Shown here: piece by piece, positions 41,701 to 54,000 of the stretch
Layout of the letters: each line of letters begins with the position of its first letter
How positions within the stretch are numbered: position 1 is the stretch's first letter
NCBI GenBank assembly: GCA_964016885.1
Contig: OZ024750.1
Span: 38,750,001 to 38,814,000, forward strand
Reading direction: 5' to 3'
Length of the DNA stretch: 64,000 nucleotides
From: Eledone cirrhosa
Lineage: Eukaryota
Notes under the pieces: model-generated
Databases searched by the model: none
The model's input: only the letters and a program-made list of their open reading frames with translations
What the model was told of the DNA's origin: nothing
Position numbers and translations under genes: made by a program

Positions 41701-44700
41701 TGTCTAGTAATGTAGGTACTGGACAGTGTCTAGTAGTGTAGGTACAGGACACTGTCTAGTAATGTAGGTACAGGACAGTGTCTAGTAATGTAGGTACTTG
41801 ACAGTGACTAGTAATGTAGGTACAGGACAGTGTCTAGTAATGTAGGTACAGGACAGTGACTAGTAGAGTACGTACAGGACAGTGACTAGTAGAGTACGTA
41901 CAGGACAGTGTCTAGTAGTGTAGGTACAGGACAGTGTCTAGTAATGTAGGTACAGGACAGTGTCTAGTAGTGTAGGTACAGGACAGTGACTAGTAGAGTA
42001 CGTACAGGACAGCGACTAGTAGAGTACGTACAGGACAGTGACTAGCAATGTAGGTACAGGACAGTGTCTAGTAATGTAGGTACTTGACAGTGACTAGTAA
42101 TGTAGGTACAGGACAGTGTCTTGTAATGTAGGTACAGGACAGTGTCTAGTAATGTAGGTATAGGACAGTGTCTAGTAGTGTAGGTACAGGACAGTGTCTA
42201 GTAGTATAGGTACTGGACAGTGTCTAGTAATGTAGGTACAGGACAGTGACTAGTAGTGTAGGTACAGGACAGTGACTAGTAATGTAGGTACAGGACAGTG
42301 TCTAGTAATGTAGGTACTGGACAGTGTCTAGTAATGTAGGTACTGGACAGTGTCTAGTAGTGTAGGTACAGGACAGTGTCTAGTAATGTAGGTACTGGAC
42401 AGTGTCTAGTAGTGTAGGTACAGGACAGTGTCTAGTAATTTAGGTACTGGACAGTGTCTAGTAATGTAGGTACAGGACAGTGTCTAGTAATGTAGGTACA
42501 GGACAGTGTCTAGTAGTGTGGGTACAGGACAGTGACTAGTAATATAGGTACAGGACAGTGTCTAGTAATGTAGGTACTTGACAGTGACTAGTAATGTAGG
42601 TACAGGACAGTGTCTAGTAGTGTAGGTACAGGACAGTGTCTAGTAATGTAGGTACAGGACAGTGTCTAGTAGTGTAGGTACAGGACAGTGACTAGTAATG
42701 TAGGTACAGGACAGTGTCTAGTAATGTAGGTACTTGACAGTGACTAGTAATGTAGGTACAGGACAGTGTCTAGTAATGTAGGTACTTGACAGTGACTAGT
42801 AATGTAGGTACAGGACAGTGTCTAGTAATGTAGGTACAGGACAGTGTCTAGTAATGTAGGTACAGGACAGTGTCTAGTAATGTAGGTACAGGACACTGTC
42901 TAGTAGCGTAGGTACAGGACAGTGTATAGTAGTGTAGGTACAGGACAGTGTCTAGTAATATAGGTACAGGACAGTGTCTAGTAATGTAGGTACTGGACAG
43001 TGTCTAGTAGTGTAGGTACAGGAGAGTGTCTAGTAATGTAGGTACTGGACAGTGTCTAGTAGTGTAGGTACAGGACAGTGTCTAGTAATGTAGGTACTTG
43101 ACAGTGACTAGTAATGTAGGTACAGCACAGTGTCTAGTAGTGTAGGTACTGGACAGTGTCTAGTAATGTAGGTACAGGACAGTGTCTAGTAATGTAGGTA
43201 CTTGACAGTGACTAGAAATGTAGGTACAGGACAGTGTCTAGTAATGTAGATACTGGACAGTATCTAGTAGTGTAGGTACAGGACAGTGTCTAGTAATGTA
43301 GGTACTGGACATTGTCTAGTAGTGTAGGTACAGGACAGTGACTAGTAATGTAGGTACAGGACAGTGTCTAGTAATGTAGGTACTTGACAGTGACTAGTAA
43401 TGTAGGTACAGGACAGTGTCTAGTAATGTAGGTACAGGACAGTGTCTAGTAATGTAGGTACAGGACAGTGTCTAGTAATGTAGGTACTTGACAGTGTCTA
43501 GTAAAGTAGGTATAGGACAGTGTCTAGTAATGTAGGTACAGGACAGTGTCTAGTAATGTAGGTACTTGACAGTGTCTAGTAAAGTAGGTATAGGACAGTG
43601 ACTAGTAGAGTACGTACAGGACAGTGTCTAGTAGTGTAGGTACAGGACAGTGTCTAGTAATGTAGGTACAGGACAGTGTCTAGTAGTGTAGGTACAGGAC
43701 AGTGACTAGCAATGTAGGTACAGGACAGTGTCTAGTAATGTAGGTACTTGACAGTGACTAGTAATGTAGGTACAGGACAGTGTCTTGTAATGTAGGTACA
43801 GGACAGTGTCTAGTAATGTAGGTATAGGACAGTGTCTAGTAGTGTAGGTACAGGACAGTGTCTAGTAGTATAGGTACTGGACAGTGTCTAGTAATGTAGG
43901 TACAGGACAGAGTCTAGTAGTGTAGGTACAGGACAGTGACTAGTAATGTAGGTACAGGACATTGTCTAGTAATGTAGGTACTGGACAGTGTCTAGTAATG
44001 TAGGTACTGGACAGTGTCTAGTAGTGTAGGTACAGGACAGTGTCTAGTAATGTAGGTACTGGACAGTGTCTAGTAGTGTAGGTACAGGACAGTGTCTAGT
44101 AATGTAGGTACTGGACAGTGTCTAGTAATGTAGGTACAGGACAGTGTCTAGTAATGTAGGTACAGGACAGTGTCTAGTAGTGTGGGTACAGGACAGTGAC
44201 TAGTAATATAGGTACAGGACAGTGTCTAGTAATGTAGGTACTTGACAGTGACTAGTAATGTAGGTACAGGACAGTGTCTAGTAGTGTAGGTACAGGACAG
44301 TGTCTAGTAATGTAGGTACAGGACAGTGTCTAGTAGTGTAGGTACAGGACAGTGACTAGTAATGTAGGTACAGGACAGTGTCTAGTAATGTAGGTACTTG
44401 ACAGTGACTAGTAATGTAGGTACAGGACAGTGTCTAGTAATGTAGGTACTTGACAGTGACTAGTAATGTAGGTACTGGACAGTGTCTAGTAGTGTAGGTA
44501 CAGGACAGTGTCTAGTAATGTAGGTATAGGACAGTGTCTAGTAGTGTAGGTACAGGACAGTGACTAGTAATGTAGGTACAGGACAGTGTCTAGTAATGTA
44601 GGTACTTGACAGTGACTAGTAATGTAGGTACAGGACAGTGTCTAGTAATCTAGGTACTGGACAGTGTCTAGTAGTGTAGGTACAGGACAGTGTCTAGTAA

Positions 44701-47700
44701 TGTAGGTACTGGACAGTGTCTAGTAGTGTAGGTACAGGACAGTGTCTAGTAATGTAGGTACAGGACAGTGTCTAGTAGTGTAGGTACAGGACAGTGTCTA
44801 GTAATGTAGGTACTGGACAGTGTCTAGTAATGTAGGTACAGGACAGTGACTAGTAATGTAGGTACAGGATAGTGTCTAGTAATGTAGGTACAGGACAGTG
44901 ACTAGTAATGTAGGTACAGGACAGTGTCTAGTAATGTAGGTACTTGACAGTGACTAGTAATGTAGGTACAGGACAGTGTCTAGTAATATAGGTACTGGAC
45001 AGTGTCTAGTAGTGTAGGTACAGGACAGTGTCTAGTAATGTAGGTACTGGACAGTGTCTAGTAATGTAGGTACAGGACAGTGTCTAGTAATGTAGGTACT
45101 GGACAGTGTCTAGTAATGTAGGTACTGGACAGTGTCTAGTAGTGTAGGTATGGACAGTGACTAGTAATGTAGGTACAGGACAGTGTCTAGTAATATAGGT
45201 ACTGGACAGTGTCTAGTAGTGTAGGTACAGGACAGTGACTAGTAATGTAGGTACTTGACAGTGACAAGTAATGTAGGTACAGGACAGTGTCTAGTAATGT
45301 AGGTATAGGACAGTGTCTAGTAATGTAGGTATAGGACAGTGTCTAGTAATGTGGGTACTGGACAGTGTCTAGTAATGTAGGTACAGGACAGTGTCTAGTA
45401 ATGTAAGTACAGGACAGTGTCTAGTAATGTAGGTACAGGACAGTGTCTAGTAATGTGGGTACTGGACAGTGTCTAGTAATGTAGGTACAGGACAGTGTCT
45501 AGTAATGTAGGTACAGGACAGTGTCTAGTGTACTGGACAGTGTCTAGTAGTGTAGGTACTGGACAGTGTCTAGTAGTGTAGGTACAGGACAGTGTCTAGT
45601 AATGTAGGTACAGGACAGTGACTAGTAATGTAGTTACTGGACAGTGTCTAGTAGTGTAGGTACAGGACAGTGTCTAGTAATTTAGGTACAGGACAGTGTC
45701 TAGTAATGTAGGTACAGGACAGTGTCTAGTATTGTAGGTACTGGACAGTGTCTAGTAATGTTGGTACTGGACAGTGTCTAGTAATGTTGGTACTGGACAG
45801 TGTCTAGTAATGTAGCTACTGGACAGTGTCTAGTAATGTAGGTACCAGACAGTGTCTAGTAATGTAGGTACTGGACAGTGTCTAGTAATGTAGGTACTGG
45901 ACAGTGTCTAGTAATGTAGGTACAGGACACTGTCTAGTAGTGTAGGTACAGGACAGTGTCTAGTAATGTAGGTACTGGACAGTGTCTAGTAGTGTAGGTA
46001 CAGGACAGTGTCTAGTAATGTAGGTACAGGACAGTGTCTAGTAATGTAGGTACTTGACAGTGACTAGTAATGTAGGTACAGGACAGTGTCTAGTAATGTA
46101 GGTACTGGACAGTGTCTAGTAGTGTAGGTACAGGACAGTGTCTAGTAATGTAGGTACTGGACAGTGTTTAGTAGTGTAGGTACAAAACAGTGTCTAGTAA
46201 TGTAGGTACAGGACAGTGACTAGTAATGTAGGTACAGGACAGTGTCTAGTAATGTAGGTACAGGACAGTGACTAGTAATGTAGGTACAGGACAGTGTCTA
46301 GTAATGTAGGTACTGGACAGTGTCTAGTAATGTAGGTACTGGACAGTGTCTAGTAGTGTAGGTACAGGACAGTGTCTAGTAATGTAGGTACAGGACAGTG
46401 TCTAGTAATGTAGGTACTTGACAGTGATTAGTAATGTAGGTACAGGATAGTGTCTAGTAATGTAGGTACTTGACAGTGACTAGTAATGTAGGTACAGGAC
46501 AGTGTCTAGTAATGTAGGTACAGGACAGTGTCTAGTAATGTAGGTACAGGACAGTGTCTAGTAATGTAGGTACAGGACACTGTCTAGTAGCGTAGGTACA
46601 GGACAGTGTATAGTAGTGTAGGTACAGGACAGTGTCTAGTAATATAGGTACAGGACAGTGTCTAGTAATGTAGGTACTGGACAGTGTCTAGTAGTGTAGG
46701 TACAGGAGAGTGTCTAGTAATGTAGGTACTGGACAGTGTCTAGTAGTGTAGGTACAGGACAGTGTCTAGTAATGTAGGTACTTGACAGTGACTAGTAATG
46801 TAGGTACAGCACAGTGTCTAGTAGTGTAGGTACTGGACAGTGTCTAGTAATGTAGGTACAGGACAGTGTCTAGTAATGTAGGTACTTGACAGTGACTAGA
46901 AATGTAGGTACAGGACAGTGTCTAGTAATGTAGATACTGGACAGTGTCTAGTAGTGTAGGTACAGGACAGTGTCTAGTAATGTAGGTACTGGACAGTGTC
47001 TAGTAGTGTAGGTACAGGACAGTGACTAGTAATGTAGGTACAGGACAGTGTCTAGTAATGTAGGTACTTGACAGTGACTAGTAATGTAGGTACAGGACAG
47101 TGTCTAGTAATGTAGGTACAGGACAGTGTCTAGTAATGTAGGTACAGGACAGTGTCTAGTAATGTAGGTACTTGACAGTGTCTAGTAAAGTAGGTATAGG
47201 ACAGTGTCTAGTAGTGTAGATACAGGACAGTGTCTAGTAGTGTAGGTACTGGACAGTGTCTAGTAATGTAGGTACAGGACAGTGTCTAGTAATGTAGGTA
47301 CAGGACAGTGACTAGTAATGTAGGTGCTGGACAGTGTCTAGTAGTGTAGGTACAGGACAGTGTCTAGTAATGTAGGTACTGGACAGTGTCTAGTAGTGTA
47401 GGTACAGGACAGTGTCTAGTAATGTAGGTACAGGACAGTGTCTAGTAATGTAGGTACTTGACAGTGACTAGTAATGTAGGTACAGGATAGTGTCTAGTAA
47501 TGTAGGTACAGGACAGTGTCTAGTAATGTAGGTACTTGACAGTGACTAGTAATGTAGGTACAGGACAGTGTCTAGTAATGTAGGTACAGGACAGTGACTA
47601 GTAATGTAGGTACAGGACAGTGTCTAGTAGTGTAGGTACTGGACAGTGTCTAGTAATGTAGGTACAGGACAGTGTCTAGTAATGTAGGTACAGGACAGTG

Positions 47701-50700
47701 ACTAGTAATGTAGGTACAGGACAGTGTCTAGTAATGTAGGTACAGGACAGTGACTAGTAATGTAGGTACAGGACAGTGTCTAGTAATGTAGGTACTGGAC
47801 AGTGTCTAGTAATGTAGGTACTGGACAGTGTCTAGTAGTGTAGGTACAGGACAGTGTCTAGTAATGTAGGTACAGGACAGTGTCTAGTAATGTAGGTACT
47901 TGACAGTGATTAGTAATGTAGGTACAGGATAGTGTCTAGTAATGTAGGTACTTGACAGTGACTAGTAATGTAGGTACAGGACAGTGTCTAGTAATGTAGG
48001 TACAGGACAGTGTCTAGTAATGTAGGTACAGGACAGTGTCTAGTAATGTAGGTACAGGACACTGTCTAGTAGCGTAGGTACAGGACAGTGTATAGTAGTG
48101 TAGGTACAGGACAGTGTCTAGTAATATAGGTACAGGACAGTGTCTAGTAATGTAGGTACTGGACAGTGTCTAGTAGTGTAGGTACAGGAGAGTGTCTAGT
48201 AATGTAGGTACTGGACAGTGTCTAGTAGTGTAGGTACAGGACAGTGTCTAGTAATGTAGGTACTTGACAGTGACTAGTAATGTAGGTACAGCACAGTGTC
48301 TAGTAGTGTAGGTACTGGACAGTGTCTAGTAATGTAGGTACAGGACAGTGTCTAGTAATGTAGGTACTTGACAGTGACTAGAAATGTAGGTACAGGACAG
48401 TGTCTAGTAATGTAGATACTGGACAGTGTCTAGTAGTGTAGGTACAGGACAGTGTCTAGTAATGTAGGTACTGGACAGTGTCTAGTAGTGTAGGTACAGG
48501 ACAGTGACTAGTAATGTAGGTACAGGACAGTGTCTAGTAATGTAGGTACTTGACAGTGACTAGTAATGTAGGTACAGGACAGTGTCTAGTAATGTAGGTA
48601 CAGGACAGTGTCTAGTAATGTAGGTACAGGACAGTGTCTAGTAATGTAGGTACTTGACAGTGTCTAGTAAAGTAGGTATAGGACAGTGTCTAGTAGTGTA
48701 GATACAGGACAGTGTCTAGTAGTGTAGGTACTGGACAGTGTCTAGTAATGTAGGTACAGGACAGTGTCTAGTAATGTAGGTACAGGACAGTGACTAGTAA
48801 TGTAGATACAGGACAGTGTCTAGTAATGTAGGTACTGGACAGTGTCTAGTAATGTAGATACTGGACAGTGTCTAGTAGTGTAGGTACAGGACTGTGTCTA
48901 GTAATATAGGTGCTGGACAGTGTCTAGTAGTGTAGGTACAGGACAGTGTCTAGTAATGTAGGTACTGGACAGTGTCTAGTAGTGTAGGTACAGGACAGTG
49001 TCTAGTAATGTAGGTACAGGACAGTGTCTAGTAATGTAGGTACTTGACAGTGACTAGTAATGTAGGTACAGGATAGTGTCTAGTAATGTAGGTACAGGAC
49101 AGTGTCTAGTAATGTAGGTACTTGACAGTGACTAGTAATGTAGGTACAGGACAGTGTCTAGTAATGTAGGTACTGGACAGTGTCTAGTAGTGTAGGTACA
49201 GGACAGTGTCTAGTAATGTAGGTACTGGACAGTGTCTAGTAGTGTAGGTACAGGACACTGTCTAGTAATGTAGGTACAGGACAGTGTCTAGTAATGTAGG
49301 TACTTGACAGTGACTAGTAATGTAGGTACAGGACAGTGTCTAGTAATGTAGGTACAGGACAGTGTCTAGTAATGTAGGTACAGGACAGTGACTAGTAGAG
49401 TACGTACAGGACAGTGACTAGTAGAGTACGTACAGGACAGTGTCTAGTAGTGTAGGTACAGGACAGTGTCTAGTAATGTAGGTACAGGACAGTGTCTAGT
49501 AGTGTAGGTACAGGACAGTGACTAGTAAAGTACGTACAGGACAGTGACTAGTAGAGTACGTACAGGACAGTGACTAGCAATGTAGGTACAGGACAGTGTC
49601 TAGTAATGTAGGTACTTGACAGTGACTAGTAATGTAGGTACAGGACAGTGTCTTGTAATGTAGGTACAGGACAGTGTCTAGTAATGTAGGTATAGGACAG
49701 TGTCTAGTAGTGTAGGTACAGGACAGTGTCTAGTAGTATAGGTACTGGACAGTGTCTAGTAATGTAGGTACAGGACAGTGACTAGTAGTGTAGGTACAGG
49801 ACAGTGACTAGTAATGTAGGTACAGGACAGTGTCTAGTAATGTAGGTACTGGACAGTGTCTAGTAATGTAGGTACTGGACAGTGTCTAGTAGTGTAGGTA
49901 CAGGACAGTGTCTAGTAATGTAGGTACTGGACAGTGTCTAGTAGTGTAGGTACAGGACAGTGTCTAGTAATTTAGGTACTGGACAGTGTCTAGTAATGTA
50001 GGTACAGGACAGTGTCTAGTAATGTAGGTACAGGACAGTGTCTAGTAGTGTGGGTACAGGACAGTGACTAGTAATATAGGTACAGGACAGTGTCTAGTAA
50101 TGTAGGTACTTGACAGTGACTAGTAATGTAGGTACAGGACAGTGTCTAGTAGTGTAGGTACAGGACAGTGTCTAGTAATGTAGGTACAGGACAGTGTCTA
50201 GTAGTGTAGGTACAGGACAGTGACTAGTAATGTAGGTACAGGACAGTGTCTAGTAATGTAGGTACTTGACAGTGACTAGTAATGTAGGTACAGGACAGTG
50301 TCTAGTAATGTAGGTACTTGACAGTGACTAGTAATGTAGGTACAGGACAGTGTCTAGTAATGTAGGTACAGGACAGTGTCTAGTAATGTAGGTACAGGAC
50401 AGTGTCTAGTAATGTAGGTACAGGACACTGTCTAGTAGCGTAGGTACAGGACAGTGTATAGTAGTGTAGGTACAGGACAGTGTCTAGTAATATAGGTACA
50501 GGACAGTGTCTAGTAATGTAGGTACTGGACAGTGTCTAGTAGTGTAGGTACAGGAGAGTGTCTAGTAATGTAGGTACTGGACAGTGTCTAGTAGTGTAGG
50601 TACAGGACAGTGTCTAGTAATGTAGGTACTTGACAGTGACTAGTAATGTAGGTACAGCACAGTGTCTAGTAGTGTAGGTACTGGACAGTGTCTAGTAATG

Positions 50701-51050
50701 TAGGTACAGGACAGTGTCTAGTAATGTAGGTACTTGACAGTGACTAGAAATGTAGGTACAGGACAGTGTCTAGTAATGTAGATACTGGACAGTGTCTAGT
50801 AGTGTAGGTACAGGACAGTGTCTAGTAATGTAGGTACTGGACAGTGTCTAGTAGTGTAGGTACAGGACAGTGACTAGTAATGTAGGTACAGGACAGTGTC
50901 TAGTAATGTAGGTACTTGACAGTGACTAGTAATGTAGGTACAGGACAGTGTCTAGTAATGTAGGTACAGGACAGTGTCTAGTAATGTAGGTACAGGACAG
51001 TGTCTAGTAATGTAGGTACTTGACAGTGTCTAGTAAAGTAGGTATAGGAC
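35720..51050. repeat. Tandem duplication of about 7.5 kb (modal offset 7532 bp = 290 monomers - 8 bp): 35720-43589 and 43590-~51050, with whole-monomer indels between copies
   Basis: GGTATGGAC 37618/45150, CAAAACAG 38651/46183, doublets 41848/49380 and 41978/49510, TAGCGT 42907/50439, ATAGGAC 43512/51044. The offset is 7870 upstream of a 338-bp internal duplication in copy 1. Confidence 0.9.
36700..37440. repeat. Local 13-monomer (338-bp) tandem duplication present only in copy 1 of the 7.5-kb duplication
   Basis: The AATCTAGG marker occurs at ~36777 and ~37115. The offset to copy 2 changes from 7870 to 7532 across this region. Confidence 0.82.
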
Positions 51051-54000
51051 AGTGTCTAGTAGTGTAGATACAGGACAGTGTCTAGTAGTGTAGGTACTGG
51101 ACAGTGTCTAGTAATGTAGGTACAGGACAGTGTCTAGTAATGTAGGTACAGGACAGTGACTAGTAATGTAGATACAGGACAGTGTCTAGTAATGTAGGTA
51201 CTGGACAGTGTCTAGTAATGTAGATACTGGACAGTGTCTAGTAGTGTAGGTACAGGACTGTGTCTAGTAATATAGGTGCTGGACAGTGTCTAGTAGTGTA
51301 GGTACAGGACAGTGTCTAGTAATGTAGGTACTGGACAGTGTCTAGTAGTGTAGGTACAGGACAGTGTCTAGTAATGTAGGTACAGGACAGTGTCTAGTAA
51401 TGTAGGTACTTGACAGTGACTAGTAATGTAGGTACAGGATAGTGTCTAGTAATGTAGGTACAGGACAGTGTCTAGTAATGTAGGTACTTGACAGTGACTA
51501 GTAATGTAGGTACAGGACAGTGTCTAGTAATGTAGGTACTGGACAGTGTCTAGTAGTGTAGGTACAGGACAGTGTCTAGTAATGTAGGTACTGGACAGTG
51601 TCTAGTAGTGTAGGTACAGGACACTGTCTAGTAATGTAGGTACAGGACAGTGTCTAGTAATGTAGGTACTTGACAGTGACTAGTAATGTAGGTACAGGAC
51701 AGTGTCTAGTAATGTAGGTACAGGACAGTGTCTAGTAATGTAGGTACAGGACAGTGACTAGTAGAGTACGTACAGGACAGTGACTAGTAGAGTACGTACA
51801 GGACAGTGTCTAGTAGTGTAGGTACAGGACAGTGTCTAGTAATGTAGGTACAGGACAGTGTCTAGTAGTGTAGGTACAGGACAGTGACTAGCAATGTAGG
51901 TACAGGACAGTGTCTAGTAATGTAGGTACTTGACAGTGACTAGTAATGTAGGTACAGGACAGTGTCTTGTAATGTAGGTACAGGACAGTGTCTAGTAATG
52001 TAGGTATAGGACAGTGTCTAGTAGTGTAGGTACAGGACAGTGTCTAGTAGTATAGGTACTGGACAGTGTCTAGTAATGTAGGTACAGGACAGTGACTAGT
52101 AGTGTAGGTACAGGACAGTGACTAGTAATGTAGGTACAGGACAGTGTCTAGTAATGTACGTACTGGACAGTGTCTAGTAATGTAGGTACTGGACAGTGTC
52201 TAGTAGTGTAGGTACAGGACAGTGTCTAGTAATGTAGGTACTGGACAGTGTCTAGTAGTGTAGGTACAGGACAGTGTCTAGTAATTTAGGTACTGGACAG
52301 TGTCTAGTAATGTAGGTACAGGACAGTGTCTAGTAATGTAGGTACAGGACAGTGTCTAGTAGTGTGGGTACAGGACAGTGACTAGTAATATAGGTACAGG
52401 ACAGTGTCTAGTAATGTAGGTACTTGACAGTGACTAGTAATGTAGGTACAGGACAGTGTCTAGTAGTGTAGGTACAGGACAGTGTCTAGTAATGTAGGTA
52501 CAGGACAGTGTCTAGTAGTGTAGGTACAGGACAGTGACTAGTAATGTAGGTACAGGACAGTGTCTAGTAATGTAGGTACTTGACAGTGACTAGTAATGTA
52601 GGTACAGGACAGTGTCTAGTAATGTAGGTACTTGACAGTGACTAGTAATGTAGGTACTGGACAGTGTCTAGTAGTGTAGGTACAGGACAGTGTCTAGTAA
52701 TGTAGGTACAGGACAGTGTCTAGTAGTGTAGGTACAGGACAGTGACTAGTAATGTAGGTACAGGACAGTGTCTAGTAATGTAGGTACTTGACAGTGACTA
52801 GTAATGTAGGTACAGGACAGTGTCTAGTAATCTAGGTACTGGACAGTGTCTAGTAGTGTAGGTACAGGACAGTGTCTAGTAATGTAGGTACTGGACAGTG
52901 TCTAGTAGTGTAGGTACAGGACAGTGTCTAGTAATGTAGGTACAGGACAGTGTCTAGTAGTGTAGGTACAGGACAGTGTCTAGTAATGTAGGTACTGGAC
53001 AGTGTCTAGTAATGTAGGTACAGGACAGTGACTAGTAATGTAGGTACAGGATAGTGTCTAGTAATGTAGGTACAGGACAGTGACTAGTAATGTAGGTACA
53101 GGACAGTGTCTAGTAATGTAGGTACTTGACAGTGACTAGTAATGTAGGTACAGGACAGTGTCTAGTAATATAGGTACTGGACAGTGTCTAGTAGTGTAGG
53201 TACAGGACAGTGTCTAGTAATGTAGGTACTGGACAGTGTCTAGTAATGTAGGTACAAGACAGTGTCTAGTAATGTAGGTACTGGACAGTGTCTAGTAATG
53301 TAGGTACTGGACAGTGTCTAGTAGTGTAGGTACAGGACAGTGACTAGTAATGTAGGTACAGGACAGTGTCTAGTAATATAGGTACTGGACAGTGTCTAGT
53401 AGTGTAGGTACAGGACAGTGACTAGTAATGTAGGTACTTGACAGTGACTAGTAATGTAGGTACAGGACAGTGTCTAGTAATGTAGGTACGGGACAGTGTC
53501 TAGTAATGTAGGTACAGGACAGTGACTAGTAGAGTACGTACAGGACAGTGACTAGTAGAGTACATACAGGACAGTGTCTAGTAGTGTAGGTACAGGACAG
53601 TGTCTAGTAATGTAGGTACAGGACAGTGTCTAGTAGTGTAGGTAGAGGACAGTGACTAGTAATGTGGGTACAGGACAGTGTCTAGTAATGTAGGTACTTG
53701 ACAGTGACTAGTAATGTAGGTACAGGACAGTGTCTTGTAATGTAGGTACAGGACAGTGTCTAGTAACGTAGGTATAGGACAGTGTCTAGTAGTGTAGGTA
53801 CAGGACAGTGACTAGTAATGTAGGTACAGGACAGTGTCTAGTAATGTAGGTACTGGACAGTGTCTAGTAATGTAGGTACTGGACAGTGTCTAGTAGTGTA
53901 GGTACAGGACAGTGTCTAGTAATGTAGGTACAGGACAGTGTCTAGTAATGTAGGTACTGGACAGTGTCTAGTAGTGTAGGTACAGGACAGTGTCTAGTAA

